A stretch of 64,000 bases of DNA, from contig CAVVLJ010000020.1 in NCBI GenBank assembly GCA_963749075.1, positions 608,001-672,000 on the forward strand, read 5' to 3'. The DNA is from an uncultured Pseudomonadota bacterium. Its GTDB lineage: Bacteria > Pseudomonadota > Alphaproteobacteria > JACZXZ01. The notes under the pieces are model-generated. The model saw only the letters and a program-made list of their open reading frames with translations, had not been told where the DNA came from and searched no databases. Shown piece after piece: positions 9,105 to 17,846 of the stretch. Made by a program: the position numbers and the translations under genes. Every line of letters starts with the position of its first letter. Position 1 is the first letter of the stretch.

Positions 9105-10629
9105 GAAAATGCCCTCCGCCGAGCACCTTGCGGCGCAGGAGTGGCGAGGCGCGGTAGCGGTCGTCACCGTAGCTCCGCGCGAGATGGTCGAGGACCGCGA
9201 GGATGCGCGCGAGCCCGAGCGCCTCCGCCCAGGCGAGCGGGCCTTGGGGATAGGAGACACCCTTGACCATGGCCGTATCGACCGCCTCAGCCGTGGCCAC
9301 GGATTGGTTGACCGCCTCCGCCGCCTCATTGGCCAGCATGGCAAGGATGCGCATGAGCACCATGCCGGGCACGTCGTCGATGGGCGAGACCGCCATGCCG
9401 AGCGCCTGGAAGAGGCCGCCTGCTGCGGCGAGCGCCTCGGGCGGCGCCTGGTTGGCCTTGGCGAGTGCGATGCGACGCGCCGAGCCATAGTCGCGCGCGA
9501 GATCGAAAAGCACCAGGCGCTCGCCCGCCCGCTCGCTCGCCGCCCGCTCGGTGGCGCTGCGGCCGTCGGTCAAGCGCAGCACGGCGCCGTCGAGCACGAT
9601 CGCCCCCTCGCGCGCATCCTCGCCGTCGCGCGCGCCGAGCGGGAGACCCTTGGCCTTGATCGCGGCGGCGAGGTCCTCGGCCGGGCCGAGCCGGCCCTCG
9701 ATCACGATGCGCCGGGGCGGCGGAGCCGGCGGCAGCGTCGCCGGCTGGGGCGGCGTCGCACCCTCCGAGTAAGCGTACCAGCCATGCCCGCTCTTGCGCC
9801 CGAGGCGGCCGGCAGCGACGAGCTCGCGTTGTCTCAAGGAAGGCTTGTAGCGCGGGTCGTAGAAATAGTCGGCGAAGACCGAGTTGGTCACCGCCCAGTT
9901 CACGTCGAGGCCCACGAGGTCCATGACCTCGAAGGGCCCCATGCAGAAGCCGCCCGCCTCGCGTGCCAGTGAATCGATGGTGGCGAAATCGGCGGCACCC
10001 TCCTCGAGCAGGCGCAGCGCCTCGCCGTAGAAGGGCCGCGCCACCCGGTTCACGATGAAGCCGGGCGTCGAGGCTGCGTGCACCGGGTCCTTGCCCCAGG
10101 ATCTCGCCGTGTCGGCGACCAGGGCCGTGACGGCGGGGTCGCTCGCGAGGCCGCTCACCACCTCGACGAGCGGCATGAGCGGCGGCGGGTTGAAGAAATG
10201 CATGCCGCAGACGCGGCCCGGCCGCTTGAGCCCGGCGGCGATCGCGGTGAGCGAAAGCGAGGAGGTGTTGGAGGCGAGGACCGCGTCCTCGCCCACCACC
10301 GCCTCGAGTGCCGCGAAGAGCGCGCGCTTGGCGGCGAGCTCCTCGACCACCGCCTCGATGACGAGCGACGCGGGCGCCAGCTCCGCGAGATCGGCGCACA
10401 GGGCGATGCGCTCGAGGAGCGCCGCCTGCACCTCGGCCGCCATGCGCCCGCGCTCGACGAGGCGCTGGAGCGCCTTGGCGATGCCGTCGCGCGCGCGCGC
10501 GGCAGCGCCTGCGGCTGCGTCATAGAGCAGCACGCGATGGCCGGCCGCGGCCGCCACCTGGGCGATGCCGCTTCCCATGGTGCCGGCGCCGACCACGGCG
10601 ACCGTTGCGCTCTTGGCGAGGGCTGCCAT
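9097..10629 (-). CDS. paaH: 3-hydroxyacyl-CoA dehydrogenase
   Basis: GAGTMGSG, ASNTSSL, GMHFFNP, PGFIVNR, duplicated C-terminal domain; paa context. Confidence 0.92.
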   Translation of the reverse strand: MAALAKSATVAVVGAGTMGSGIAQVAAAAGHRVLLYDAAAGAAARARDGIAKALQRLVERGRMAAEVQAALLERIALCADLAELAPASLVIEAVVEELAAKRALFAALEAVVGEDAVLASNTSSLSLTAIAAGLKRPGRVCGMHFFNPPPLMPLVEVVSGLASDPAVTALVADTARSWGKDPVHAASTPGFIVNRVARPFYGEALRLLEEGAADFATIDSLAREAGGFCMGPFEVMDLVGLDVNWAVTNSVFADYFYDPRYKPSLRQRELVAAGRLGRKSGHGWYAYSEGATPPQPATLPPAPPPRRIVIEGRLGPAEDLAAAIKAKGLPLGARDGEDAREGAIVLDGAVLRLTDGRSATERAASERAGERLVLFDLARDYGSARRIALAKANQAPPEALAAAGGLFQALGMAVSPIDDVPGMVLMRILAMLANEAAEAVNQSVATAEAVDTAMVKGVSYPQGPLAWAEALGLARILAVLDHLARSYGDDRYRASPLLRRKVLGGGHFHG

Positions 10630-11420
10630 CAGCGCCCCTTGAACTGCGGCTTGCGCTTCTCGAGGAAGGCGGCGACGCCCTCGCGGTAGTCCTCGCTGCG
10701 CGCGGCGATGCGCTGGAGGTCGCGTTCGAGGTCGAGCTGGCGCTCGAGGCTGTTGCCCGCGGAGGCGTTGATCGCCTGCTTGATGAGGGCGAGTCCCTTG
10801 GTCGGCTGCTCTGCCAGATGCGAGGCCAGCGCGCGCGCCTCCTCGGCGAGCTTGTCGTCGTCGACGCACCTCCAGATCATGCCCATCTCGACCGCACGCT
10901 CGGCGGAGACCGGCTCGCCCAAGAGGGCCAGGCCCAGTGCCCGCGCCTGGCCGACGAGGCGCGGCAGCGCGTAGGTGCCGCCCGCATCGGGCACCAGGCC
11001 AAGGCGGCAGAAGGCCTGGATGAAGCTCGCCGAGCGCGCGGCGAGCACGATGTCGCAGGCGAGTGCCAGGTTGGCGCCGGCCCCGGCCGCGACGCCGTTG
11101 ACCGCGGCCACCACGGGGAGCGCCATGCCGCGCAGGCGGCGGATGAGAGGATTGTAGAGGCGCTCGAGCGTGTCGCCCGCATCGTGCGGCGGCTCGCCGG
11201 GTGCGGTCCTACGCTCGCTCAGGTCCTGGCCGGCAGAGAAGCCGCGGCCGGCGCCGGTCAGGAGAAGCGCGCGCAGCTCCTTGTCGTCCTCCACCTCGTC
11301 GAGTGCTGCCTTGAGCTCGCCGTGCATCTCGGCGGTGAAGGCATTGAGCCGCTCCGGCCGGTTGAGCGTGATCGCGGCATAGCCTTGGGCGCGCTCGAAG
11401 ACGATGGTGCGGTAGGCCAT
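10629..11420 (-). CDS. paaG: Ring-1,2-epoxyphenylacetyl-CoA isomerase (crotonase fold)
   Basis: LNRPERLNAF, FSAGQDL, AAGAGANLALACD, GLVPDAGG. Confidence 0.9.
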   Translation of the reverse strand: MAYRTIVFERAQGYAAITLNRPERLNAFTAEMHGELKAALDEVEDDKELRALLLTGAGRGFSAGQDLSERRTAPGEPPHDAGDTLERLYNPLIRRLRGMALPVVAAVNGVAAGAGANLALACDIVLAARSASFIQAFCRLGLVPDAGGTYALPRLVGQARALGLALLGEPVSAERAVEMGMIWRCVDDDKLAEEARALASHLAEQPTKGLALIKQAINASAGNSLERQLDLERDLQRIAARSEDYREGVAAFLEKRKPQFKGR

Positions 11421-11432
11421 GGCGCGCGCCCC

Positions 11433-12230
11433 CTAGTCCGTTGCGGCGGCGGCATCGGCCGCCGCCCGCGGCGCCGCGAGCCCGAGGGCCGCAAGCCGCT
11501 CGCCGATCTCCGCCTCCCAACGCGCGAGGAGCTCGCCGTTGGCATGCTGGCGCAGGCCGTATTTGCGGTAGAGCTCGAAGCGCTCGCTCTCGCTGCGCCC
11601 GAAGGTGGCGGCGACGCGCGGGTACCAGTAGGCGACGGAGGCAGCTGCCGCAAGGGCGGCGCGGTCCCGCTCGATGGCGCGCTTGAGCCCGGCCTCGCCG
11701 AGGCGCGCATGGGCGATCTCGCCGAGCACGATGCTCCTCAGCGCCGCACCGAGCGGCTGGTAGGAGCACTCGAGGAGATCGCCCAGCTGGATGGCGCTGG
11801 CGCGGCCCATCAGCATGTTCATCGCCACCGCGTCGACCCAGCCCTCGAGGGGGTAATGGAAGACGTTGAGGCGCTTGTCGCCGCCGAGGCGCCGGTTGCC
11901 GAGGTCGAGGGCGCGGTCGAGCCGCGCCTGCCAGGCGTGCGAGCGCACGTAAAGCTGCGGGTCGACGCCGAAGCGCTTCATGAGCTCGAGCACGGCCTCG
12001 GCGTGGGCGAACTTGTCGCTCACGATGCGGGCCGCCGCGGCGCGCTCGCGGATGCCGGGTGCGGTGTTGATGCGCTCGGCGAAGCCCGCGGCCCCGGCGA
12101 GCTCCGAATCGACGAAGACGACCATGAGGCGCAGGAGCTCGGCGCGATAGCCGGCCGGGAGCTCGTCGTCCGCGCCGAGTTTCCTCCCCTGGCCGATGCG
12201 CGCGATGAGATCGGCGTCGTCGCTTCCCAC
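11433..12230 (-). CDS. PaaA/PaaC-family (ferritin-like) protein with an apparently degenerate diiron site
   Basis: YRAELLRLM..DSELAG, APG..R, NVFHYP..WVDAV, CSYQPL, EIAH, YWYP..ATFG, YGLR...N..L resemble PaaA; first gene of the paa operon; GTG start. Confidence 0.75.
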   Translation of the reverse strand: MGSDDADLIARIGQGRKLGADDELPAGYRAELLRLMVVFVDSELAGAAGFAERINTAPGIRERAAAARIVSDKFAHAEAVLELMKRFGVDPQLYVRSHAWQARLDRALDLGNRRLGGDKRLNVFHYPLEGWVDAVAMNMLMGRASAIQLGDLLECSYQPLGAALRSIVLGEIAHARLGEAGLKRAIERDRAALAAAASVAYWYPRVAATFGRSESERFELYRKYGLRQHANGELLARWEAEIGERLAALGLAAPRAAADAAAATD

Positions 12231-12361
12231 CCGGTCCTCCTTGGCGGTCCTCCTTGGCGGCTCGCCGCCCTTGGGCCTACTCTACCCCGCGCGCGCCCCC
12301 CTTTGTAGGGGCCTATCCGCATGCGGCAGGTGCTGCCCGGTCCCCGCTTCCTCGAGGTGCG

Positions 12362-12811
12362 ATGGCGGACATCCTCATCCTGGTCGGCAGCGAATCGGGC
12401 AATGCCCAGATGGTGGCCGACGTCCTCGAGGAGGAGCTCGGCAAGGCGGGCCATGCGGTCGAGGTCCAGTCTAAGGGCGGTGCGGAGGAGGCGAGGCTTG
12501 CCGCGCGCTCGACCGTGCTGATCTGCTGCTCGACCCACGGCGAGGGCGAGTTGCCCGAGAACATCCGGCCGCTCTACGCGGCGCTCGAGCAAGCGCGGCC
12601 CGATCTCTCCCGCCTGCGCTACGGCGTGATCGCGCTCGGCGACCAGACCTACAGCGCCACCTTCTGCCGCGGCGGCAAGATCATGGACGCGCTTTTCGCT
12701 TCCCTCGGCGCCGAGCGCATCGGCGAGCGGCTCGAAATCGACGCCTGCACCCAGCCGCTGCCCGACGAGGAGGCGCTTGACTGGGCGCGGGAGTGGGTGT
12801 CCGTGCTGTGA
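12362..12811 (+). CDS. Short-chain flavodoxin (MioC-like)
   Basis: GSESGNA FMN loop, STHGEGELPEN, ALGDQTY..FCRGG. Confidence 0.9.
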   Translation: MADILILVGSESGNAQMVADVLEEELGKAGHAVEVQSKGGAEEARLAARSTVLICCSTHGEGELPENIRPLYAALEQARPDLSRLRYGVIALGDQTYSATFCRGGKIMDALFASLGAERIGERLEIDACTQPLPDEEALDWAREWVSVL

Positions 12812-12821
12812 GCGCCGCGCG

Positions 12822-13268
12822 CTACGCCCGCGAGAGCGCCGCCCAGCGCCGGATCGAGCGGCGGTAGCCTTCGGGCATGGCGAGGGCGTCGATCTCGTCG
12901 AGGGCGAAGAGGCCGAGTGCCTTGTGCTCGGCGCTGAGCACGGGCTCGCTCCCGCCGTGCACGGCGCAGCCGTAGCTCACGATGACGACCTCGACCTCGC
13001 CGCAAATGTCATAAAGCCAGCAGTCGAGGATGTCGGCGGCCGAGACGGCGAGGCCGAGCTCCTCGGCTATCTCGCGCTCAAGGCAGGTGCGCGGGTCCTC
13101 GCCCGGCTCGAGCTTGCCGCCCGGCAGCTCCCACTCGTCGCGCTCGTTCTTGAGCAGGGCGACCTTGCCGCGGAGCAGCACGACGCCCTTGATGGAGACG
13201 GGAAAGCGCTGAGCGCCGCCGTCCGGGTTCGGCGCATCCCCATCGGCCGTGTGGTGCTTCCCTGTCAT
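12822..13268 (-). CDS. NUDIX hydrolase
   Basis: LPGGKLEPGEDPRTCLEREIAEELG Nudix box. Confidence 0.88.
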   Translation of the reverse strand: MTGKHHTADGDAPNPDGGAQRFPVSIKGVVLLRGKVALLKNERDEWELPGGKLEPGEDPRTCLEREIAEELGLAVSAADILDCWLYDICGEVEVVIVSYGCAVHGGSEPVLSAEHKALGLFALDEIDALAMPEGYRRSIRRWAALSRA

Positions 13269-13404
13269 GGCGGAATGGCGCTCCTCCCCTCTCCCGCGAT
13301 TATGGCACGGCGGAGGCCGAGAGGGTTGCGCCGCGCGCGACGGCCGTTGCACACTGTCCTTGTCCGAATGCGCTCTTGCTCGAGCGCCGGCAGGAGGAAG
13401 CGGC

Positions 13405-14265
13405 ATGGCGCCCGCCGTCAGCGCCTTTTTCGACGACGCCACCAAGAGCATCAGCTATCTCGTCGCCGATCCGGCGAGTAGGGAGGCCGTGGTGATCGAC
13501 CCGGTGCTCGACTATCAGGCGGCGGGCGCCCGCATCGGCACGGCAGGTGCCGACCGCATCCTCGCCAAGGTGGGCGAGGACCGCCTCGCCGCCGCCTGGA
13601 TCCTCGAGACCCATTCCCACGCCGACCACCTCTCGGCCGGCGCTTATCTCAAGGAGCGGCTGGGTGCGAGGACCGCGATCGGCCGCGGCATCGTCGAGGT
13701 GCAGCGCACCTGGCAGCGCATCTACAACCTCGACGTCGGCTTTCTGCCCGACGGCTCCCAGTTCGACCGCCTGCTCGACGACGGCGAGCGCCTGCCGCTC
13801 GGCGCGCTCGAGGTGCGCGTGCTGGCGACGCCGGGCCACACGCCTGCCTGTCTCACTTACGCGATCGGCGACTGCGCCTTCGTGGGCGACACGCTCTTCA
13901 TGCCCGACTACGGCACGGCGCGCTGCGATTTTCCCGGCGGCGACGCGCGCGTGCTCTTCCGCTCGATCCGCCGCATCCTGGCGCTGCCGGCTGCCACGCG
14001 GCTCTTCACCTGCCACGATTACGCGCCCGGCGGACGCGCCTATGGCTGGGAGACGACGGTCGCCGAGCAGCGCGCCGCCAACATCCACATGCACGACGGC
14101 GTGGATGAGGAGAGCTTCGTCGCCATGCGCCGCGCGCGCGATGCACAGCTCTCGCCGCCCGAGCTGATCCTCCCGGCCCTCCAGGTCAATATCCGTGCGG
14201 GCGCCTTGCCGCCGCCCGAGGCGAACGGCGTCTCCTATCTGCGCATCCCCTTGAACGCGATTTGA
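13405..14265 (+). CDS. Persulfide dioxygenase (Blh/ETHE1-like MBL fold)
   Basis: IDPVLDY, ETHSHADHLS, TPGHTPAC, GDTLFMPDYGTARCDFPGG, CHDY, LQVNIRAG. Confidence 0.88.
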   Translation: MAPAVSAFFDDATKSISYLVADPASREAVVIDPVLDYQAAGARIGTAGADRILAKVGEDRLAAAWILETHSHADHLSAGAYLKERLGARTAIGRGIVEVQRTWQRIYNLDVGFLPDGSQFDRLLDDGERLPLGALEVRVLATPGHTPACLTYAIGDCAFVGDTLFMPDYGTARCDFPGGDARVLFRSIRRILALPAATRLFTCHDYAPGGRAYGWETTVAEQRAANIHMHDGVDEESFVAMRRARDAQLSPPELILPALQVNIRAGALPPPEANGVSYLRIPLNAI

Positions 14266-14268
14266 ACC

Positions 14269-14502
14269 ATGACGCCCAAGCGCACGCTCGACGCCAAGGG
14301 CTTGAAATGCCCGCTCCCCGTGCTCAAGGCGCGGCGCGCGATGCGCGAGCTTGCCGAGGGCGACGTGCTCGAGGTGCTGGCGACCGATCCAGGTGCTGTC
14401 AAGGACTTCGCGGCCTTCTGTGCCGCCACCGGCGACGGCCTCCTCGCCTCCCGGCGCGACGGCGAGGTCTACGTCTTTCACATCAGGAAGGCTGCCGGAT
14501 GA
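14269..14502 (+). CDS. tusA: TusA-family sulfur carrier protein
   Basis: LDAKGLKCPLP, ATDPGA..DF..FC. Confidence 0.88.
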   Translation: MTPKRTLDAKGLKCPLPVLKARRAMRELAEGDVLEVLATDPGAVKDFAAFCAATGDGLLASRRDGEVYVFHIRKAAG

Positions 14503-14524
14503 CGGAATGTAGCGAGCGTGCTTT

Positions 14525-14555
14525 TCGTCGTCCGTCGTCCGTCATCTGTCGTCCG
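14525..14555. repeat. Heptamer (TCGTCCG-type) tandem array at convergent gene ends
   Basis: TCGTCCG-TCGTCCG-TCATCTG-TCGTCCG; shares an identical 18-mer with 59883-59900. Confidence 0.7.
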
Positions 14556-15678
14556 CCTCCCAGCACCTCGCCGGTCCGAGCTGCGCCTCCGTGACGCCGC
14601 GTGCCGCCACGTCTGGAGGGAGCGAGGCGCCGCTTGCGAGGGCGGCTGTGATGCGGCCCATGGCGGGCGAGGTCTGGATGCCGTAGCCGCCTTGCCCGGC
14701 GAGCCAGAAAAAACCCTCCGCATCGGGAGCGAAGCCGGCCACGAGCGTCTTGTCCGCGACGAAGCTCCGCAAGCCCGCCCAGCGCCGCGAGATGCGCGCG
14801 ATCTTGAAGGTGACCGCCTTCTCGATGCGGTCGGCGGCAATCGCGATGTCGAGCTCCTCGGGCTGGACGTCCTGGGGCTCGACCGGCGTCTCGTCCGCGG
14901 GCGAGCCGAGGAGCTTGCCGGCCTCGGGCTTGAAGTAGAACTGCTCCTCCACGTCGGCGGCGAGCGGGCAGCCGTCGAGGCGGGAGCCGGGCGGGGCGTC
15001 GAAGATGAAGGCGGTGCGCCGCTTGGGCACGAGGCCGACTGGCTTGGCGCCGGCGCGCGCCGCGAGCACGTCCGCCCAGGCGCCGGCGGCGTTGACCAGC
15101 ACCGGGGCCGCGAAGTCGCCCGCGGGCGTGCGCACGTGCCAGCGCCCGCCCTTGCGCTCGGCCGAGGTGACCTCGGCCGAGGTCACGAGCTCGCCGCCGC
15201 GCGCGCGCAGGCCCCTCAAGAAGCCCTGGTGGATGGCGTGCACGTCCATGTCCATGGCGTCGGGATCGAGGAGGCCGGCCTCCACATAGTCGGGGTTGAC
15301 GAGCGGGAAGAGCGCCAGCGTCTCCTTCTTGTCGAGCTGCCGCAGGTTCGGCGCGTCGCGGCTCACCTCGGCATATTCGTGCTCGAGCGCCGCCATCTGG
15401 TCCTTGCGCGCCAGCAAGAGGACGCCGCGCGGCGAGAGCAGCGCTGCCTCGGAGAAGCCCTCGGGAGGGCCCACGAAGAAGGCGCGGCTCGCCGAGGTGA
15501 TGGCGCGCACAGTCGCATTGCCGTAGCTCTCGATGAACATGGCGGCGGAGCGCCCGGTCGTGTGGTAGCCCGGCTGGCTCTCGCGCTCGAGGAGAATGAC
15601 GCTGCCGCGGTGGGCGAGCTCGTAGCCGGCCGAGGCGCCGGCCATGCCGGCGCCGACGATGAGGAAATCGCAATCCAT
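14542..15678 (-). CDS. FAD-dependent D-amino acid oxidoreductase (DAO family, D-arginine dehydrogenase-like)
   Basis: GAGMAGAS, GYHTTGRSAA, NAAGAWAD, WAGLRSF, GQGGYGIQTSPA. Confidence 0.85.
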   Translation of the reverse strand: MDCDFLIVGAGMAGASAGYELAHRGSVILLERESQPGYHTTGRSAAMFIESYGNATVRAITSASRAFFVGPPEGFSEAALLSPRGVLLLARKDQMAALEHEYAEVSRDAPNLRQLDKKETLALFPLVNPDYVEAGLLDPDAMDMDVHAIHQGFLRGLRARGGELVTSAEVTSAERKGGRWHVRTPAGDFAAPVLVNAAGAWADVLAARAGAKPVGLVPKRRTAFIFDAPPGSRLDGCPLAADVEEQFYFKPEAGKLLGSPADETPVEPQDVQPEELDIAIAADRIEKAVTFKIARISRRWAGLRSFVADKTLVAGFAPDAEGFFWLAGQGGYGIQTSPAMGRITAALASGASLPPDVAARGVTEAQLGPARCWEADDR

Positions 15679-15792
15679 GGCGCCCTTATAGCGGCAAAAT
15701 GAGCGCTCGTCTCGCGAGGCCGGCTGGCGCCAAATGTTGATGACAAAATGCCGCAGTCCGGCCACTGTTGAGACCGCCCCCGAAGGACCGCC

Positions 15793-16722
15793 ATGGCGAC
15801 GCTGCTCTACACCCACCCCGCCTTCCTCGAGCACGACACGGGCCCGCATCACCCCGAGCGGGCGGACCGCCTGCGCGCGATCCACACGGCACTCGAGAGC
15901 GAGGCCTTTGCACTCCTCGAGCGCCGCACGGCGCCGCTCGCGGAGAAAGCGCAGATCGAGCGCACCCATGAGGCGCACTACGTCGAGTGGGTGCTCGGCC
16001 AGATCCCCAAGGAGGGTTTCGCCGGCCTCGATGCGGATACCATCGTCTCGCCGGGCTCGGGCGAGGCCGCCTTCAGGGCCGCGGGTGCGGTCTGTGCCGC
16101 AGTCGACGCGGTGGTGGCGGGCGAGGCGGAGAACGCCTTCTGCGCCGTGCGCCCGCCCGGCCATCATGCCGAGCCCGGCCAGGCCATGGGCTTCTGCATC
16201 TTCAACAACGTGGCGATCGGCGCGGCGCACGCGCGCGTGGTGCACGGCTTGCAGCGCGTCGCGGTCGTCGACTTCGACGTGCATCACGGCAACGGCACCC
16301 AGGCCGCCTTCGCCGCCGATCCCGACTTCTTCTATGCCTCGACGCACCAGTGGCCGCTCTATCCCGGCACCGGCCAGCCCCACGAGCGCGGCGTCGCCGG
16401 CAACATCGTGAACGTGCCGCTCGCCCCCTTCTCGGGCTCGGCCGAATTCCGCGCCGCCATCGAGAGCCGGGTGCTGCCGGCGCTCGACGCCTTCAAGCCC
16501 GAGCTTCTCATCATCTCGGCCGGCTTCGACGCCCATTTGCGCGACCCGTTGGCCTCGCTCAACCTGGTCGAGGAGGACTACGCCTGGGTCACGCACAAGC
16601 TCCTCGAGCTCGCCGCGCGCCACGCCAAGCGCCGCGTCGTCTCCTCCCTTGAGGGCGGCTACGACCTGCGCGCGCTTGCCAAATCGGTCGCCGCCCATGT
16701 CGACGTGCTGATGGCGGGGTAG
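15793..16722 (+). CDS. Histone deacetylase-family amidohydrolase
   Basis: HPE..RL, RPPGHHA, GFCIFNN, DFDVHHGNGTQ, SAGFDAH..DP, LEGGY. Confidence 0.93.
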   Translation: MATLLYTHPAFLEHDTGPHHPERADRLRAIHTALESEAFALLERRTAPLAEKAQIERTHEAHYVEWVLGQIPKEGFAGLDADTIVSPGSGEAAFRAAGAVCAAVDAVVAGEAENAFCAVRPPGHHAEPGQAMGFCIFNNVAIGAAHARVVHGLQRVAVVDFDVHHGNGTQAAFAADPDFFYASTHQWPLYPGTGQPHERGVAGNIVNVPLAPFSGSAEFRAAIESRVLPALDAFKPELLIISAGFDAHLRDPLASLNLVEEDYAWVTHKLLELAARHAKRRVVSSLEGGYDLRALAKSVAAHVDVLMAG

Positions 16723-16789
16723 CGGCACGGCCGCATCCGACCCGAACGAACTTGAGAGCAGCAGCCGGTGGGTGACTTTGCGGGCGGTC

Positions 16790-16820
16790 ATGGTAGAATA
16801 GTATAGATTAATGGTAGAAT
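16790..16820 (+). promoter_or_regulatory. Duplicated extended -10 / operator of vapBC-2
   Basis: ATGGTAGAAT at 16790-16799 and 16811-16820 (21-bp period) in an AT-rich patch. Confidence 0.55.
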
Positions 16821-16830
16821 GATGTAAGAA

Positions 16831-17085
16831 ATGAGCATGAACATCAAGAACGAGGAGACGCATCGTTTGGCACAGGAGCTCGCCAAGCTGACGGGAGAGA
16901 GCCTGACCGGCACCGTCACCGTGGCACTCCGCGAGCGCCTGGAGCGCACGCGCCGCGCGCGGCGCGGCAGCCTCTCCGAGCGCCTGCTGGCGATCGGCAA
17001 GGATTGCGCGAAGCGCCTCAGGGAGCCGTGGCACTCCGCCGATCACGGGGCGCTGCTCTACGACGAGCGCGGCTTGCCGCGATGA
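16831..17085 (+). CDS. vapB: VapB antitoxin (Rv0623/PSK-like)
   Basis: [32 protein letters not shown]-terminal LYDERGLP. Confidence 0.88.
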   Translation: MSMNIKNEETHRLAQELAKLTGESLTGTVTVALRERLERTRRARRGSLSERLLAIGKDCAKRLREPWHSADHGALLYDERGLPR

Positions 17086-17477
17086 TCATCGACGCCTCTG
17101 CGCTGATTGCCATCCTGCGCGACGAGCCGGAGGCGGCAGCTTGCGCCTCCGCGATCGAGCAGGCCTCGAGCCGCCGCCTCTCCGCGGTGAATTTCGCCGA
17201 GGCCGCGGCCGTCGTCGATTTGAGCCGCAACCCGATCGCGAGCCGCCGCTTCGACGAGCTTCTCAGCGAGGCCGAGGTCGCGATCGAGCCCGTGACCGAG
17301 GCCCAGGCACGCATCGCGCGCGAGGCCTATCGCGATTTCGGCAAGGGCAGCGGACATCCCGCCGGGCTCAATTTCGGCGACTGCTTCGCCTATGCGCTGG
17401 CCAAGGCCGCGGGCGAGCCACTGTTGTTCAAAGGCGACGATTTCGCCGCGACGGATGTGGTATCGGCGCTGAGCTGA
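17082..17477 (+). CDS. vapC: VapC PIN toxin (VapC30-like)
   Basis: [45 protein letters not shown]; ATGA overlap. Confidence 0.92.
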   Translation: MIIDASALIAILRDEPEAAACASAIEQASSRRLSAVNFAEAAAVVDLSRNPIASRRFDELLSEAEVAIEPVTEAQARIAREAYRDFGKGSGHPAGLNFGDCFAYALAKAAGEPLLFKGDDFAATDVVSALS

Positions 17478-17510
17478 GGGCCGCCGCCGCAGGCCTACGT
17501 TTCGCTCGCC

Positions 17511-17539
17511 TTGCTCCGCCGGACCTGGCTTACTATAGT
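17511..17539 (+). promoter_or_regulatory. Putative sigma70 promoter of xseB-ispA-dxs
   Basis: TTGCTC-N17-TATAGT upstream of xseB. Confidence 0.5.
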
Positions 17540-17577
17540 CGCGCGCCGGAATCACGAAGACGAGCCAAGAGGATGGC

Positions 17578-17829
17578 ATGCCCGAGGGGGCACTTCCCGC
17601 CGACGTGGCGAAGATGAGCTTCGAGGAGGCGCTCGCCGAGCTCGAGGCCATCGTGCGCCAGCTCGAGGAGGGCAAGGGCAAGCTCGACGACGCGATCAAG
17701 GCCTATGCGCGGGGCGCTGCGCTGAAGCGCCATTGCGAGGCTAAGCTCGCCGAGGCGCGCGCCAAGGTGGAGAAGATCGTGCTGGGGCCGGAGGGAGCGG
17801 CCGGCCTGGCGCCGGCCGACGTGGACTGA
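17578..17829 (+). CDS. xseB: Exodeoxyribonuclease VII small subunit
   Basis: SFEEALAELEAIVRQLEEG..LDDAIKAYARG..L..HC; synteny with ispA-dxs. Confidence 0.93.
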   Translation: MPEGALPADVAKMSFEEALAELEAIVRQLEEGKGKLDDAIKAYARGAALKRHCEAKLAEARAKVEKIVLGPEGAAGLAPADVD

Positions 17830-17846
17830 ACGAGGGGCAACCGACT

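Noticed and set aside
14542-17046. 834-aa ORF suggesting an oxidoreductase fusion
   Set aside because: The N-terminal part is antisense to the HDAC and vapB genes; the real start is MDCDFLIV at 15678
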